A DNA stretch of 64,000 nt from Candidatus Moraniibacteriota bacterium (GCA_016699425.1 CP064975.1:1056942-1120941); one strand, 5' to 3'. Shown: positions 37,123-46,668, counted from the stretch's first letter. The notes: generated from the letters alone by a model not told the origin. Numbers and translations: made by a program.

Positions 37123-37908
37123 CTAGTTAGTTTCTTGAGTTTCGAGCGGCTTCGAGATCTGCCAGAGTATTTGGAATACAGTCCGAAGTGAGGCAGCATA
37201 GCTCGGGCTGGAGAACTGGAAAAAGAAGTCTTCTTTTTGGGCGGACCAAAAAAGGACGTTGTCGTCGACGATGGTATACATCACCCCCCAGTCTATGGAA
37301 GCGGGTAATACGCGAACAGTACGATTGTATCGGATGTTCCCAGTCTCGCTGTAGTCCTTATTTCTTTGTAATGTCGGCCTATCAGAGGAGGGGAACAGGG
37401 CTTCGACATGGATATTCTTGGCAACGCGGGCTTCCCAGAGTCGGCGGAGGTCGCGTTCGGTGAAGAGCGCGTAAAGCAGTTCGTGGTTACCCAGGGTGAG
37501 CACCGTCTTTCCCTTCGATTCCAAAATGAGATCGGCGAGTTTCTTGGCACCCTCCCTCCCAGCATAGAGCCGGACCGGATTGCGCAGCACGTCACCCTTT
37601 TTAATCGAGGCAAGATCCTCGACAAGCTCACAGGCCACCAGTTCTTTCTGTTTGATCAGGGCTTGTAAGCGCTCGGGAGCCGTGGCAGCAAGTCGCTTCT
37701 TTGCTCCCTTCACTACGGTTTCAATAAGCCCGAGGCTTTCCAGAGTCACGGCGTTTTCATAGATGGTCGGGCGCTGAATGTGAGTATCACGGAAGATATC
37801 CAGGACGCTGCAGATCCCATGTTTTTGGATCGATATATAAATCTGACCCTGCTTTTCGGTGAGCCCGAGAGCCATCAATTTCTCGAGCATTTGTGCGTCC
37901 TTTGTCAT
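37123..37908 (-). CDS. TrmB-like wHTH transcriptional regulator (paralogue 1 of 4)
   Basis: N-terminal LxxLGLTEKQGQIYISIQKHG winged-helix region like the other three paralogues. C-terminal TrmB-like effector domain. Confidence 0.65.
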   Translation of the reverse strand: MTKDAQMLEKLMALGLTEKQGQIYISIQKHGICSVLDIFRDTHIQRPTIYENAVTLESLGLIETVVKGAKKRLAATAPERLQALIKQKELVACELVEDLASIKKGDVLRNPVRLYAGREGAKKLADLILESKGKTVLTLGNHELLYALFTERDLRRLWEARVAKNIHVEALFPSSDRPTLQRNKDYSETGNIRYNRTVRVLPASIDWGVMYTIVDDNVLFWSAQKEDFFFQFSSPSYAASLRTVFQILWQISKPLETQETN

Positions 37909-38070
37909 CTCCTAATTATGTATAATAAAAACGACAAATATATTTTATACATAACACTTATTCTAATATAAAGCAATAATATATAGATTAAATACTATAC
38001 AGAAATGATACTCATCATTGACTAAGAGACCATTTTCGACTATGCTTGACTGTTCTTTAATAACCTATTG
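37909..38070. promoter_or_regulatory. AT-rich divergent leader/promoter region of TrmB paralogue 1
   Basis: Strongly AT-rich. Contains TTGACT/TTGACA-like hexamers and the AAATGATAC motif shared with the leader at 40399-40560. Confidence 0.45.
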
Positions 38071-38700
38071 TTGAGCATTTGCTCACCGCCCCCGGACGTT
38101 TTCCGAGGTAATCATGAGGAGTGTATTGTGGACACGTTGATTGGGGGCCGAGGCCGAGAAGTATTCTCGGCAATAAAGGAAATTGAACGTGGCGAAGAAA
38201 GCCGAAGGTGCGTAGCTTTTTCGGAAGGCTGTAGCCAGGGGTACAATCTCTGGTGGCTCATACCGGAAGGCCCAGCGGAACTCGGGTGGGTTCGTATGAC
38301 ATTTCCTGTGTTCAGATCCTTGATGGAGGATATCCTGGACAATGGAGAAATGATCGCTGTGGCTGTTTCTGAATCAGGGGACCAAGAGTACTCTGGCGCG
38401 CGGGGCTGGCACCATGCCAAGGGCGTCCCGAAGCTTCCGTATCTCACCCAGTGGGTGATTATACGTGGGCAGGTTTTCGGAAATGCTGGCTATAAGTTTG
38501 ACAGCTTTACCGGAGAGCACGGATCGCTTCAGAGGACCCTCAATCATCCGATTGACGCCAGTCAGTCGCTCCGCTACTCGGTTCTTCCGAAGAAAATGAT
38601 ACAACGGATGATATTCGGTTCTCGTTGTAAACGGCTGTGGCGCTGGCTCCTCACCAGGACCGAGAGCGGAAGCGGGCGGCAATGCGGCAGTGTTGAGTAA
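38068..38700 (+). CDS. hypothetical protein (210 aa; start uncertain)
   Basis: ORF only. Confidence 0.4.
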   Translation: MLSICSPPPDVFRGNHEECIVDTLIGGRGREVFSAIKEIERGEESRRCVAFSEGCSQGYNLWWLIPEGPAELGWVRMTFPVFRSLMEDILDNGEMIAVAVSESGDQEYSGARGWHHAKGVPKLPYLTQWVIIRGQVFGNAGYKFDSFTGEHGSLQRTLNHPIDASQSLRYSVLPKKMIQRMIFGSRCKRLWRWLLTRTESGSGRQCGSVE

Positions 38701-38761
38701 CCAGCCCTTGGGTATTTCACTCACACCGTGACCGGTGTTTCAACTCGAAGAGGAGAATGTA

Positions 38762-39289
38762 ATGGCTACGAAATCATTTCGCAAGTACATGGATACAAGC
38801 AAGTATCCCAAAGACAATCGTCCGTCCTACGTAGCACTCGAGGGGTTGTGCAGGGTCGCAAAGTACTTTCGTGAAACAGCGCGGGCGGAAAGGGTTTTTA
38901 TGAGGGAGGGAATCATGGGCATCGTGGAGAATCCGCGGTATGTTCGTGGTTTCGTAAGTACGGATCAATTTTCCGCTGCCGTAAGGCAACAAGTGGAAAC
39001 CCATTTCTGCCTTCTCCGTATTGCCCGAATTAGCGACCTGGCTCGATGTTTCCCTTATCTGTCCTTCGGATGCGTTTACTTGGAGTCCATTATATCGGAC
39101 TACCGTCGACGCAACGTGTTGCAAGATCTACTGACCGTAGATTTGATGGTGAAGGATGTACGAGGTGATGGCTTGCTCGAGGGGGAGGTGAGTAGGGTGG
39201 CAGAGGCCTTATGGGAAGCCCTCCAGTCAAGCTCAGCAAAGGGGTGTCCCGGATGTGGCCCGAACGGGTATTATTGCAGCTGTATGTAG
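38762..39289 (+). CDS. hypothetical protein with C-terminal Cys cluster (KGCPGCGPNGYYCSCM)
   Basis: ATG at 38762 preceded by GAGGAGAA. Confidence 0.45.
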   Translation: MATKSFRKYMDTSKYPKDNRPSYVALEGLCRVAKYFRETARAERVFMREGIMGIVENPRYVRGFVSTDQFSAAVRQQVETHFCLLRIARISDLARCFPYLSFGCVYLESIISDYRRRNVLQDLLTVDLMVKDVRGDGLLEGEVSRVAEALWEALQSSSAKGCPGCGPNGYYCSCM

Positions 39290-39313
39290 TCCCCAATCAG
39301 AAAGGAGAACGTC

Positions 39314-39481
39314 ATGGAACTATGGCAATGGGCGATCACTGCATGGGCTGCGTTAAAGATTTTTCCTATGCTAGTCGTCGCGGTACTGATCCTGTGTATT
39401 GTTTTGATTCTCGCCGCGGGTTGGCTTGGTGAAGTGTACGGTGATTGGAAATGGAAAAGGAATAATCGTTTGAAAAAATGA
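39314..39481 (+). CDS. unlisted small hydrophobic membrane peptide (55 aa: MELWQWAITAWAALKIFPMLVVAVLILCIVLILAAGWLGEVYGDWKWKRNNRLKK)
   Basis: AGGAGA 6 nt upstream of the ATG. Single TM helix. Followed by an intrinsic terminator. Below the 60-aa cutoff of the ORF track. Confidence 0.55.
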   Translation: MELWQWAITAWAALKIFPMLVVAVLILCIVLILAAGWLGEVYGDWKWKRNNRLKK

Positions 39482-39493
39482 AAAAACACTAAG

Positions 39494-39526
39494 CGGGTTC
39501 CGAGGCAGACCCGAACAAAATGCCTC
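39494..39526. repeat. copy 1 of the 33-bp motif GGGTTCCGAGGCAGACCCGAACA-AA-GCCTCA
   Basis: Near-identical to 41240-41272. Both copies lie between a plus-strand gene stop and a terminator hairpin. Confidence 0.6.
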
Positions 39527-39531
39527 ATTCA

Positions 39532-39570
39532 CCCCAAGCAGACATTACGTCGCTTGGGGATTATTTTTTT
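39532..39570 (+). terminator. rho-independent terminator
   Basis: CCCCAAGC/GCTTGGGG stem followed by ATTATTTTTTT. Confidence 0.6.
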
Positions 39571-39582
39571 ATACGCAATGTC

Positions 39583-40398
39583 TCATTTTCCTTGGGAGAG
39601 CAATTCATGCTGCGCAAGCACTTCTTTAAGTGATAGCGTAAGACTTGATTCCCAGACTAAATCGAATATTTGCCGTAGTGTTGAAGCAAATTCTTTACTC
39701 TCTACGATGACGGATTGCGTCGCACCGATCAGGTTGATGCAGACAAAATCGTCCGTCCCACACACGGTGACATTGCCGCTGAACTTATCCAGTGGAAAGA
39801 AACGAACATTTTTGAAATGCCCGTCACCGAATTCGTCAAAGAGCTGGTGCATGGAGTCATCCCAGGTTGTGATGCCGCGAAGCGCGATCCCCCGCTTCGA
39901 GAAGTCCGCATTCCATTCCATGAAGAGGTTGTATAGCTCACTGCTGGCCTGTTTTGCGCTACCAAAGAAGCCAAACACCTCTTTCCCGCTCAATTCATCG
40001 GCGCGGTACCAGAGTGCCTGTCGCATGCCGGCGACACCATCATAGTGCATCGTGCGTACCTTGCTGATGTCGAGGCGTTTGTAGAGCGCTTTCAGATCAG
40101 GCAATATGAGTTCTGCGGCGAGGAGCTTCCGGCGAGCTTCTGAGAAGAATTCTTCCGGTGGGCGCGCCGCAAACAACTGCCCACGCTCACGAGGAATCTC
40201 TACTACCAGGCCTTTTTCGATCAGTTGTCCGAGTATGACGTAAGTAGTCGGCTTCTTTAGGCCTGATTTTCCAGCGATGGCATAGGCCGAAGCGCGCCCG
40301 GCTTCCAGAAGGGCGACATAGACCCGAGCCTCCTTTTCATTGAGTCCGAGCAGCATCAATTTCTTCACAATTTCATCCATGACCCGAGCATAACGCAA
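39583..40398 (-). CDS. TrmB-like wHTH transcriptional regulator (paralogue 2)
   Basis: LMLLGLNEKEARVYVALLEAGRASAYAIAGKSGLKKPTTYVILGQLIEKGLV winged helix. Confidence 0.65.
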   Translation of the reverse strand: MRYARVMDEIVKKLMLLGLNEKEARVYVALLEAGRASAYAIAGKSGLKKPTTYVILGQLIEKGLVVEIPRERGQLFAARPPEEFFSEARRKLLAAELILPDLKALYKRLDISKVRTMHYDGVAGMRQALWYRADELSGKEVFGFFGSAKQASSELYNLFMEWNADFSKRGIALRGITTWDDSMHQLFDEFGDGHFKNVRFFPLDKFSGNVTVCGTDDFVCINLIGATQSVIVESKEFASTLRQIFDLVWESSLTLSLKEVLAQHELLSQGK

Positions 40399-40560
40399 TC
40401 CTTCTTAATAGTCAATAAAATTGATGAACAATATATAAATGTTATAAATATGCATAAATAAAGCAAATAAATGATACATGTTTGAAATATAAACATCCAA
40501 ACTATTGACTAGTATTCAATAATCTGCTATACTCCGGTGTCAGGTTGAGAAACGGATTAA
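40399..40560. promoter_or_regulatory. AT-rich leader of TrmB paralogue 2, carrying a consensus sigma70 promoter on the plus strand
   Basis: TTGACT-17 bp-TATACT at about 40506-40534. Also carries AATATGCATAAATAA, which is shared with the leader at 55560-55690. Confidence 0.5.
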
Positions 40561-40626
40561 AGATCCAGCGACTCATCGGACAAGAGTTCCTTAAGAAATC
40601 CGCCAAATCTGGCAACCGCTGAGGTA

Positions 40627-41187
40627 TTGGAGAACGAAATGGAAAAGAGCGACTTCCTGATTGCAGTGTCCAAGGTAGGCCGTAATAGCAATTGCTACGG
40701 AAAAGGTGGCTATATTGTCACTGTTGCACACAGGAATCTCCCCTCTGTCTTTCTCGCCATAGTCGGCTCAGTCGCCTGGATCGAGTACCCATACGATCGT
40801 CGGAACGTATGGAGCGGAAAGGCAACCCCTCCGATACTTGTCGTGCATGACGGCAAGGGCGAGGGGAGGGGAGGCGAGCACGAAGTTCGTGATAGCGGCA
40901 AAAAGGGCGGCGAGTGGAGAGTGAAGAAAACCACTCGTCTTACCGAAGATGATCCGGACAAGTTCCCATACGGGGAGTTCGCAGAATTTTCGGAAGAGAA
41001 GACCTGGGAAATCTTTGAGCCAGATTTCTACCCTTCTGGCGCTGATGCATTCGCTGACTCTTCTGTGGTGGTTGGTTACGATGCCATCAAGAAGAGAAAG
41101 GAAGAAATTCTTGCGCAAACAATTAATTTCGCAATTGCCAAGGCGCAAGAGGTTATTTCGACCTTTAGCAAAATGCAGATGAGCTAG
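40627..41187 (+). CDS. hypothetical protein (186 aa)
   Basis: ORF only. Followed by the R2 motif and a terminator hairpin. Confidence 0.45.
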   Translation: MENEMEKSDFLIAVSKVGRNSNCYGKGGYIVTVAHRNLPSVFLAIVGSVAWIEYPYDRRNVWSGKATPPILVVHDGKGEGRGGEHEVRDSGKKGGEWRVKKTTRLTEDDPDKFPYGEFAEFSEEKTWEIFEPDFYPSGADAFADSSVVVGYDAIKKRKEEILAQTINFAIAKAQEVISTFSKMQMS

Positions 41188-41239
41188 TGGCAAGGTCCAC
41201 GATAAACTCCTTCGCGATTCTCCTCCGCGTGTAGATGAG

Positions 41240-41272
41240 ATGGGTTCCGAGGCAGACCCGAACATAAAGCCT
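41240..41272. repeat. copy 2 of the 33-bp GGGTTCCGAGGCAGACCCGAAC motif
   Basis: See 39494-39526. Followed by an AGCGTCG/CGACGCT hairpin and a T-rich tract. Confidence 0.6.
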
Positions 41273-41375
41273 CACAAAAAAGCGTCGTGGGAAATCCTGC
41301 GACGCTTCTTCTTATTCTCCCCACCACTGACTTCTAATCCCTACTCACTACCCACTACAAGCTGTCAGCTACCAG

Positions 41376-42092
41376 CTAGTTCAAATTATTCCAGACCGCT
41401 TGGACGTCTTGGTGGTCCTCGAGCTCTTCGAGGAAGGCACCAAAAGTCTTTTGGGTTTCGGTGTCGAGCGTGACGGTTTGTGTCGGTTTCCAGCCGAGCT
41501 GAGCGGCCGTTGGAGTGAGCTTTTGGTTTTCGAAAAAGGCCTGGACCGCCTGGAGCTTGTCGACTTCGGTGTAGACGGTGAAGATATTATCGCTCACAGC
41601 GTAGTCCTGTGCACCAGATTCGATCGCGAGCTCCTCGAGCTTTTCGAGCGGAGTTTCGCCGATCTCGAACGCGAGGAGGCCGACGCGCTGGAACAGGAAG
41701 GCGACGGAGCCGGAATTGCCGAGCTTGCCGCCCTTTTTCAGGCAGAGCGAGCGGAGTTCACTCACGGTACGGTTGCGGTTGTCGGTCGTAGTTTCGATGA
41801 GAAGTGCGACTTGGCCGGGGCCGAAGCCCTCGTACATGATCGACTCGATTTTTTCTCCGACGAGCTCGCCGGTACCGCGCAAGATAGCGCGTTCGATTCG
41901 GTCTTTCGGCATGTTCAGCGCGCGGGCTTCAGTGATGGCGATCTTCAGGAGATAGTTCGAGTCCGGATTGCCGCCGCCGCGTTCGGCCGCGAGGATGATG
42001 TTGCGTCCCGCCTTAGTGAAGATGGCGGCACGTTTGGCATCATTCACGCCTTTGGCACGGTGAGTAGTGGCCCAGTGGGAATGTCCGGACAT
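41376..42092 (-). CDS. yebC: YebC/PmpR-family DNA-binding regulatory protein
   Basis: MSGHSHWATTHRAKGVNDAKRAAIFTKAGRNIILAAERGGGNPDSN N-terminus. The upstream extension in the ORF track was discarded. Confidence 0.85.
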   Translation of the reverse strand: MSGHSHWATTHRAKGVNDAKRAAIFTKAGRNIILAAERGGGNPDSNYLLKIAITEARALNMPKDRIERAILRGTGELVGEKIESIMYEGFGPGQVALLIETTTDNRNRTVSELRSLCLKKGGKLGNSGSVAFLFQRVGLLAFEIGETPLEKLEELAIESGAQDYAVSDNIFTVYTEVDKLQAVQAFFENQKLTPTAAQLGWKPTQTVTLDTETQKTFGAFLEELEDHQDVQAVWNNLN

Positions 42093-42209
42093 AGCGAACG
42101 AGCGGATAGGGTTTAGGGAGTAGCTTCTTAGCTTAAGTACGAAATGGAAAATTGGCAAGCACTGAAGGTGTAGATGAGCAGTTTGCCACAATCTGCCACC
42201 AAAAACCTT

Positions 42210-42791
42210 TTAAGTCCTCTTGGCTTGGGAGGCGCGGACGACGCGGTCGATTTCTTCGTCGCGCTCGGTGCGCAGACGCTCCATGATGATGTCTTTCACA
42301 TGGTACGGGTCCGGCACCCGGCGGAAGAGAAAAAATTCTTCCTCTGAAGCGGTCTGGACTTTCACATCACCGAAGTTCAGGATAGTCGGGAGCATGCCGC
42401 TCACTTCTGACGTTACATCCTGGATGCGCGAGAACTTCAATTCACTCACGGAGCGGACGAAGAGCCCCTTTTGTTCGATATTGATGACGCGTTCATTGGT
42501 GATGATCCAGACATCGAAGAAGTAGTCGATCCAGATGAGGAAAGCATAGAGCCAGATGAGGAGGATAAGTGAATTCTGGATGAAGAGGGTGAAGCGAGAT
42601 ATCCCGCTCCCGAGCCAGTTCGGGTACAGGAGTGGCAGGAGCGAGAGTGAACCGAACAAGACAGCGATGAAAACAATGACAACTATGAAATGAGTCGCGA
42701 TATCGAACCAGTGGCGATGGACGACACGGATGATCGTCTCACTCTCGCGCTGGCCCTGGAAGTGATAGCGGCTGAAGTCTTGATGTGGCAT
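42210..42791 (-). CDS. membrane protein with bacterial PH (YdbT/DUF304-like) domain
   Basis: Two TM helices followed by a PH-like beta region. Confidence 0.5.
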   Translation of the reverse strand: MPHQDFSRYHFQGQRESETIIRVVHRHWFDIATHFIVVIVFIAVLFGSLSLLPLLYPNWLGSGISRFTLFIQNSLILLIWLYAFLIWIDYFFDVWIITNERVINIEQKGLFVRSVSELKFSRIQDVTSEVSGMLPTILNFGDVKVQTASEEEFFLFRRVPDPYHVKDIIMERLRTERDEEIDRVVRASQAKRT

Positions 42792-42793
42792 AT

Positions 42794-43015
42794 CTAGAAA
42801 TTCATAGGGATGAGCAGGGTATCGAGCGGCAGGCTGAAGAAGAGTAGGACATTCGCGAGGAGGAGCACCGCGGTGACGATGACAAAGAGGAGAGTCATCC
42901 CAGTTGCCAGTCGGCGATTGAGCGCGTACCGCGAGAGGTGGAACACGATGAAGAGACTCGCGATGATGATACCGAAGAAGAAGATGAGATAGGTGACACC
43001 GAAAAAAAGTTGCAT
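42794..43015 (-). CDS. small 2-TM membrane protein (73 aa), likely partner of the PH-domain protein
   Basis: Hydrophobic ORF that abuts the downstream gene. Confidence 0.4.
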   Translation of the reverse strand: MQLFFGVTYLIFFFGIIIASLFIVFHLSRYALNRRLATGMTLLFVIVTAVLLLANVLLFFSLPLDTLLIPMNF

Positions 43016-43216
43016 AGATAATTGTGTTTCTTTCAGTATATCATCTGATGAAATATTTTTTCGAACAGGAGGACATTACGCGTCTCAGCAGGGTGTCGAT
43101 CAGCGGTCGATGTTGGTAGTTGGCAGAGCCCGTTCTTTCCGGGAGAGAGAAGACAATTGCGGCGGAGGACACGGTTACCAGGCGTCTTCGGCGGTGAAGA
43201 CGGAAAATGTTTGACA

Positions 43217-43245
43217 TTGACATTCGTTGAGAAATGCTGTACACT
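43217..43245 (+). promoter_or_regulatory. sigma70-like promoter with a ~170-nt leader before the next gene
   Basis: TTGACA-17 bp-TACACT. Confidence 0.45.
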
Positions 43246-43420
43246 GGTTATTCGTGAGTAATTTCAAAAAAGGCTTATATACAGGGTTGAATGGTGCTCA
43301 GACCGACCTCTTTCCGAAATTTTTCACTCGAGAGATTTCTGAAAGGGAATGGGTCCCTTGGCGTTCTTTGGTTGTCGTTTGACGGCACCCGCACCTCGGG
43401 GTTCTGGGGGGGAGAAGAAA

Positions 43421-44143
43421 ATGAAGAAGGTAATTGTTGGCATCTGCACTCTGCTGTTTGCTGCGCCGGTATTTGCTGGCCCTTCCGTGTTCGTATACGG
43501 TGGGGTGAAGAATCTGTACGCCCTAGGTAACGGGGTTGTCTCGGCCAAAGACCCGGTTGCACAGGGTGGAGTCACGCTCTCATTCGAAAACGGGGCCTAC
43601 TTTGATCTCTGGCTGTCACGGCGTCTCTCTGGAGCTGCGGGGAATGTCTATGGCAATGAGAGTGACTTCACGCTCGGATGGAAGGGTGCGGTCGGGAGTG
43701 TCTCTGCTGACGTCGGCATCGCATTCTTCGATCTCTACCGGACGGCACGGTTCGACCGGAACGATGTCTCCCAGTTCTTCGGAGAGATCTCGCCGCAGAC
43801 ACCGTGGGCAATCGGGAAGACAACGCTATCTCCGTACGCCCGGGTAGAGGTCATCAGCTCAACCGGCATGGGGTTCAGGAATGAACCGGTCTATTTCGCG
43901 GGAATCCGGCACACATGGCCGATTAACGAACGGTTCTCTGTTCTACAGCGGCTGCAAGTGTCGGAACAACCAGATTTGCCAGGTGTCGCGGGTGGCACAG
44001 TCGTCTCGTACAAGATTCAGCTTCCGTATAAGACCAACATGTACAGCATCACCGTGACACCGTCCTATGAGCGGATTCATCCGTTCATCGACGGGCGACC
44101 GAAGAGCAACGTTTTTGGTCTGCAGCTGTCGCGGGCATTCTAG
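43421..44143 (+). CDS. secreted beta-rich protein with C-terminal aromatic residue (outer-membrane beta-barrel-like)
   Basis: Signal peptide MKKVIVGICTLLFAAPVFA. Alternating hydrophobic pattern. Ends in ...QLSRAF. The ORF-track start at 43349 is an upstream extension. Confidence 0.45.
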   Translation: MKKVIVGICTLLFAAPVFAGPSVFVYGGVKNLYALGNGVVSAKDPVAQGGVTLSFENGAYFDLWLSRRLSGAAGNVYGNESDFTLGWKGAVGSVSADVGIAFFDLYRTARFDRNDVSQFFGEISPQTPWAIGKTTLSPYARVEVISSTGMGFRNEPVYFAGIRHTWPINERFSVLQRLQVSEQPDLPGVAGGTVVSYKIQLPYKTNMYSITVTPSYERIHPFIDGRPKSNVFGLQLSRAF

Positions 44144-44208
44144 CGGTTCAGAGAAACCGACAAGAGAATCACTTAGGTCCGTACGACATCGTATGGACCT
44201 CAATTTTT

Positions 44209-45219
44209 TTACAGCAGTTTCTCCTCGATACCGAAGGGTGGTTCGAGGCCGAGGTGGCGATAGCCTTCGGGGGTGACGATGCGGCCACGTGGGGTGCGAG
44301 CGAGAAAACCGATCTGGATGAGATAGGGTTCGATGACGTCCTCGATCGTGTGCATTTCTTCGCTCGTGATAGCCGAGATGGCCTGCAGCCCAGCTGGTCC
44401 GCCCTTGAATTTGTCGATGATGGCCTGGAGCACGGTCCGGTCGGCGGGTTCGAGTCCGAGTCGGTCGATCTCGAAGAGCGCCAAGGCTTCGTTCGCGACC
44501 GTCTGGGTGATGGTGCCGTCATGATGCACCTCGGCGTAGTCACGGACGCGCTTCAGGATGCGATTGGCGACGCGTGGGGTGCGACGACTCGCTCCGGCGA
44601 TCCCCCTCGCCCCGAGCTCATCGAGGGGGACACTGAGGATGCCGGCCGAGCGATGCACGATCTGTTCGATCTCGTCAGCGGTGTAGAATTCGAGCCGATG
44701 GATGGAGCCGAAGCGGTTGCGGAGCGGATTGGTGAGTGCCCCGAGCCGGGTGGTCGCGCCGATGAGCGTGAAACGCGGGAGGTCGAGCTGGATCGTGCGG
44801 GCCGCTGGACCTTTGCCGATGATGATGTCGAGTTTGTAGTCCTCCATCGCGGGATAGAGCACCTCCTCGATCGATTTGTTCAGCCGGTGGATCTCGTCGA
44901 TGAAGAGCACATCGCCGGGTTCGAGATTGGTGAGGATACTGCCGAGATCGCCGACACGTTCGATCGCTGGGCCCGAGGTGACTTTGATACCGGCACCCAT
45001 CTCCCGGGCGATGATATGGGCGAGCGTGGTCTTGCCCAAACCAGCCGGGCCATAGAGGAGCACGTGGTCAATCGCCTCGTCGCGCTTTTTGGCTGCCTGG
45101 ATAAAGATTTCGAGGTTCTTTTTCGTTTTTTCCTGGCCGATGTACTCGCTGAAGCCACGGGGACGGAGTGTGTTCTCGATGACGACATCTTCCTCGGTGT
45201 GTTCGGTCGTATTGAGCAT
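44209..45219 (-). CDS. ruvB: Holliday junction branch-migration helicase RuvB
   Basis: Walker [15 protein letters not shown]+ core. C-terminal winged helix. Confidence 0.95.
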   Translation of the reverse strand: MLNTTEHTEEDVVIENTLRPRGFSEYIGQEKTKKNLEIFIQAAKKRDEAIDHVLLYGPAGLGKTTLAHIIAREMGAGIKVTSGPAIERVGDLGSILTNLEPGDVLFIDEIHRLNKSIEEVLYPAMEDYKLDIIIGKGPAARTIQLDLPRFTLIGATTRLGALTNPLRNRFGSIHRLEFYTADEIEQIVHRSAGILSVPLDELGARGIAGASRRTPRVANRILKRVRDYAEVHHDGTITQTVANEALALFEIDRLGLEPADRTVLQAIIDKFKGGPAGLQAISAITSEEMHTIEDVIEPYLIQIGFLARTPRGRIVTPEGYRHLGLEPPFGIEEKLL

Positions 45220-45737
45220 AGAGTGTCAGCTATTTTTGAGAGGGGCTCTGGGAAAAACTATGAAGCATCATGCTGGATACTGACAATGGTATCACCATTC
45301 GATGGGGATACAAAAAGAACATCCGGCGTGAGCGTCCATCTCTGGCGGAGTTTGGAAATGGCTGGATAATGCCTGTTTCAAGCCACGAAAACCATACGTT
45401 GTCAGGGGGTTGACAGCTTTCCTTCGACATGCTATCCTGCTCCTTCAAACAAAAAGCAGAAATCTAGATCGGCCTGCGCCGTTTTTTGTTGCTCTCGGGT
45501 ACCTTGGAAAAATTCCTCACATGTAGACAACTGGAGAGTACTATCTTTTCTCTTCAGCTTAGGAGGGGTCTCGCTTCGGCGATAGTCAAGATCGGGTAGG
45601 GTGGTTTCGGCTGCGCTACACCTCGACACTCGTCCATTCCCCGGGCTCCCATGCCTAGGGCCTTGTCTACAGGTGAGGGATTTTTTGTAGCTTGAAAACT
45701 TTTTCAACCGCGCAACCGCGCAGAAAGTGAGGACGAG

Positions 45738-46040
45738 ATGAACGGACCGGTTTATGCGAGTTACCTGGATTCAAGTGGACGCATCATGTTCAAGGTGCAA
45801 CCGAGCAACACACCCGATGGAATCAAGGATTCGGTGAGAAAGTCAGAGCTTCTGCCCGGTGCCTCGGACGCACATATCATCACCGGGTTCCTGCATGACC
45901 ACTTGACGCGCTACTATGAACAACCAGCTTTGACGCATCTGTTCGAGCGTGATGAGGCTCTCCACACCGAAATAGGACGAGCACTTGTCGAGGCATTGCT
46001 CACACTTGGTGCGGCCATCGGTTGTGATATGAAGAAGTGA
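45738..46040 (+). CDS. hypothetical protein (100 aa)
   Basis: ORF after a long structured leader. Confidence 0.4.
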   Translation: MNGPVYASYLDSSGRIMFKVQPSNTPDGIKDSVRKSELLPGASDAHIITGFLHDHLTRYYEQPALTHLFERDEALHTEIGRALVEALLTLGAAIGCDMKK

Positions 46041-46120
46041 TGCTCTCTACTTCAAGAAAAAGTCCGAGTGATCGTGTATTGCTCGGGCTTTGAAACTCTT
46101 AGCTGAAAGGAGACTGAGTC

Positions 46121-46606
46121 ATGACCGGCGAGGCAAGTAGCATCGCATATGTCGTTTGTGTTAAGCGAGGGGCAGAGCATGCCCCATTCGTTCGGCTGAA
46201 CGAAACGACGTCGACAGCAGCGGAGCTGAAAGCGCTGTTGGAAAGTTCGCCTCCGGGGATGATGGGGGATTTGGTAGCGGTCACTTTCGGGGACATGGGA
46301 AAGTGGCTCAGTGTCCAAGCGCTCGCGACTCTCCGGCTTCTCTACAATCTCGAGCGGGAGCTCAAGTTAGATGACCGGGTATCAAGGCTCATTGATGCCC
46401 GGGTGACACTGGGCCTGCAAGGTGCCTCGCCGACCACGGTTGCTCAGTCTCTCACCGTCGAAGAGATCAGGACCGAGCGTTTCCTGCTCTGGTACGAACT
46501 CTATAGGTGGCCAAGCGAGGGACCGAGGCAGCTCATGGAGTTGTTTGAAGCCCTCGTGACGGCTGGCACTCGAATCGCTACGGCCAAGTCGAGCGCTGGA
46601 CAATAA
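46121..46606 (+). CDS. hypothetical protein (161 aa)
   Basis: ORF followed by the R3 terminator repeat. Confidence 0.45.
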   Translation: MTGEASSIAYVVCVKRGAEHAPFVRLNETTSTAAELKALLESSPPGMMGDLVAVTFGDMGKWLSVQALATLRLLYNLERELKLDDRVSRLIDARVTLGLQGASPTTVAQSLTVEEIRTERFLLWYELYRWPSEGPRQLMELFEALVTAGTRIATAKSSAGQ

Positions 46607-46611
46607 ATAGC

Positions 46612-46668
46612 AGGTGAGGCAAAAGAGCCCGAGTAGTCGAACGACTGCCCGGGTTCTGAAATTTTTGA
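46612..46668 (+). terminator. copy 1 of a 50-bp repeated terminator (GGCAAAAGAGCCCGAGTAGTCGAACGACTGCCCGGGYTCTGAAATTTTT)
   Basis: GAGCCCG...CGGGCTC stem with an inner AGTCG/CGACT stem and a T-run. Near-identical copy at 47115-47172. Confidence 0.6.

Noticed and set aside
45600-45700. RNase P RNA (P4 region) because of CCGGGCUCC...AGGGC
   Set aside because: Only a short resemblance to the P4 5' strand. There is no matching P4 3' strand (ACAGAAnCCGGCUUA) and none of the other conserved regions, and the locus is too short before the next CDS.
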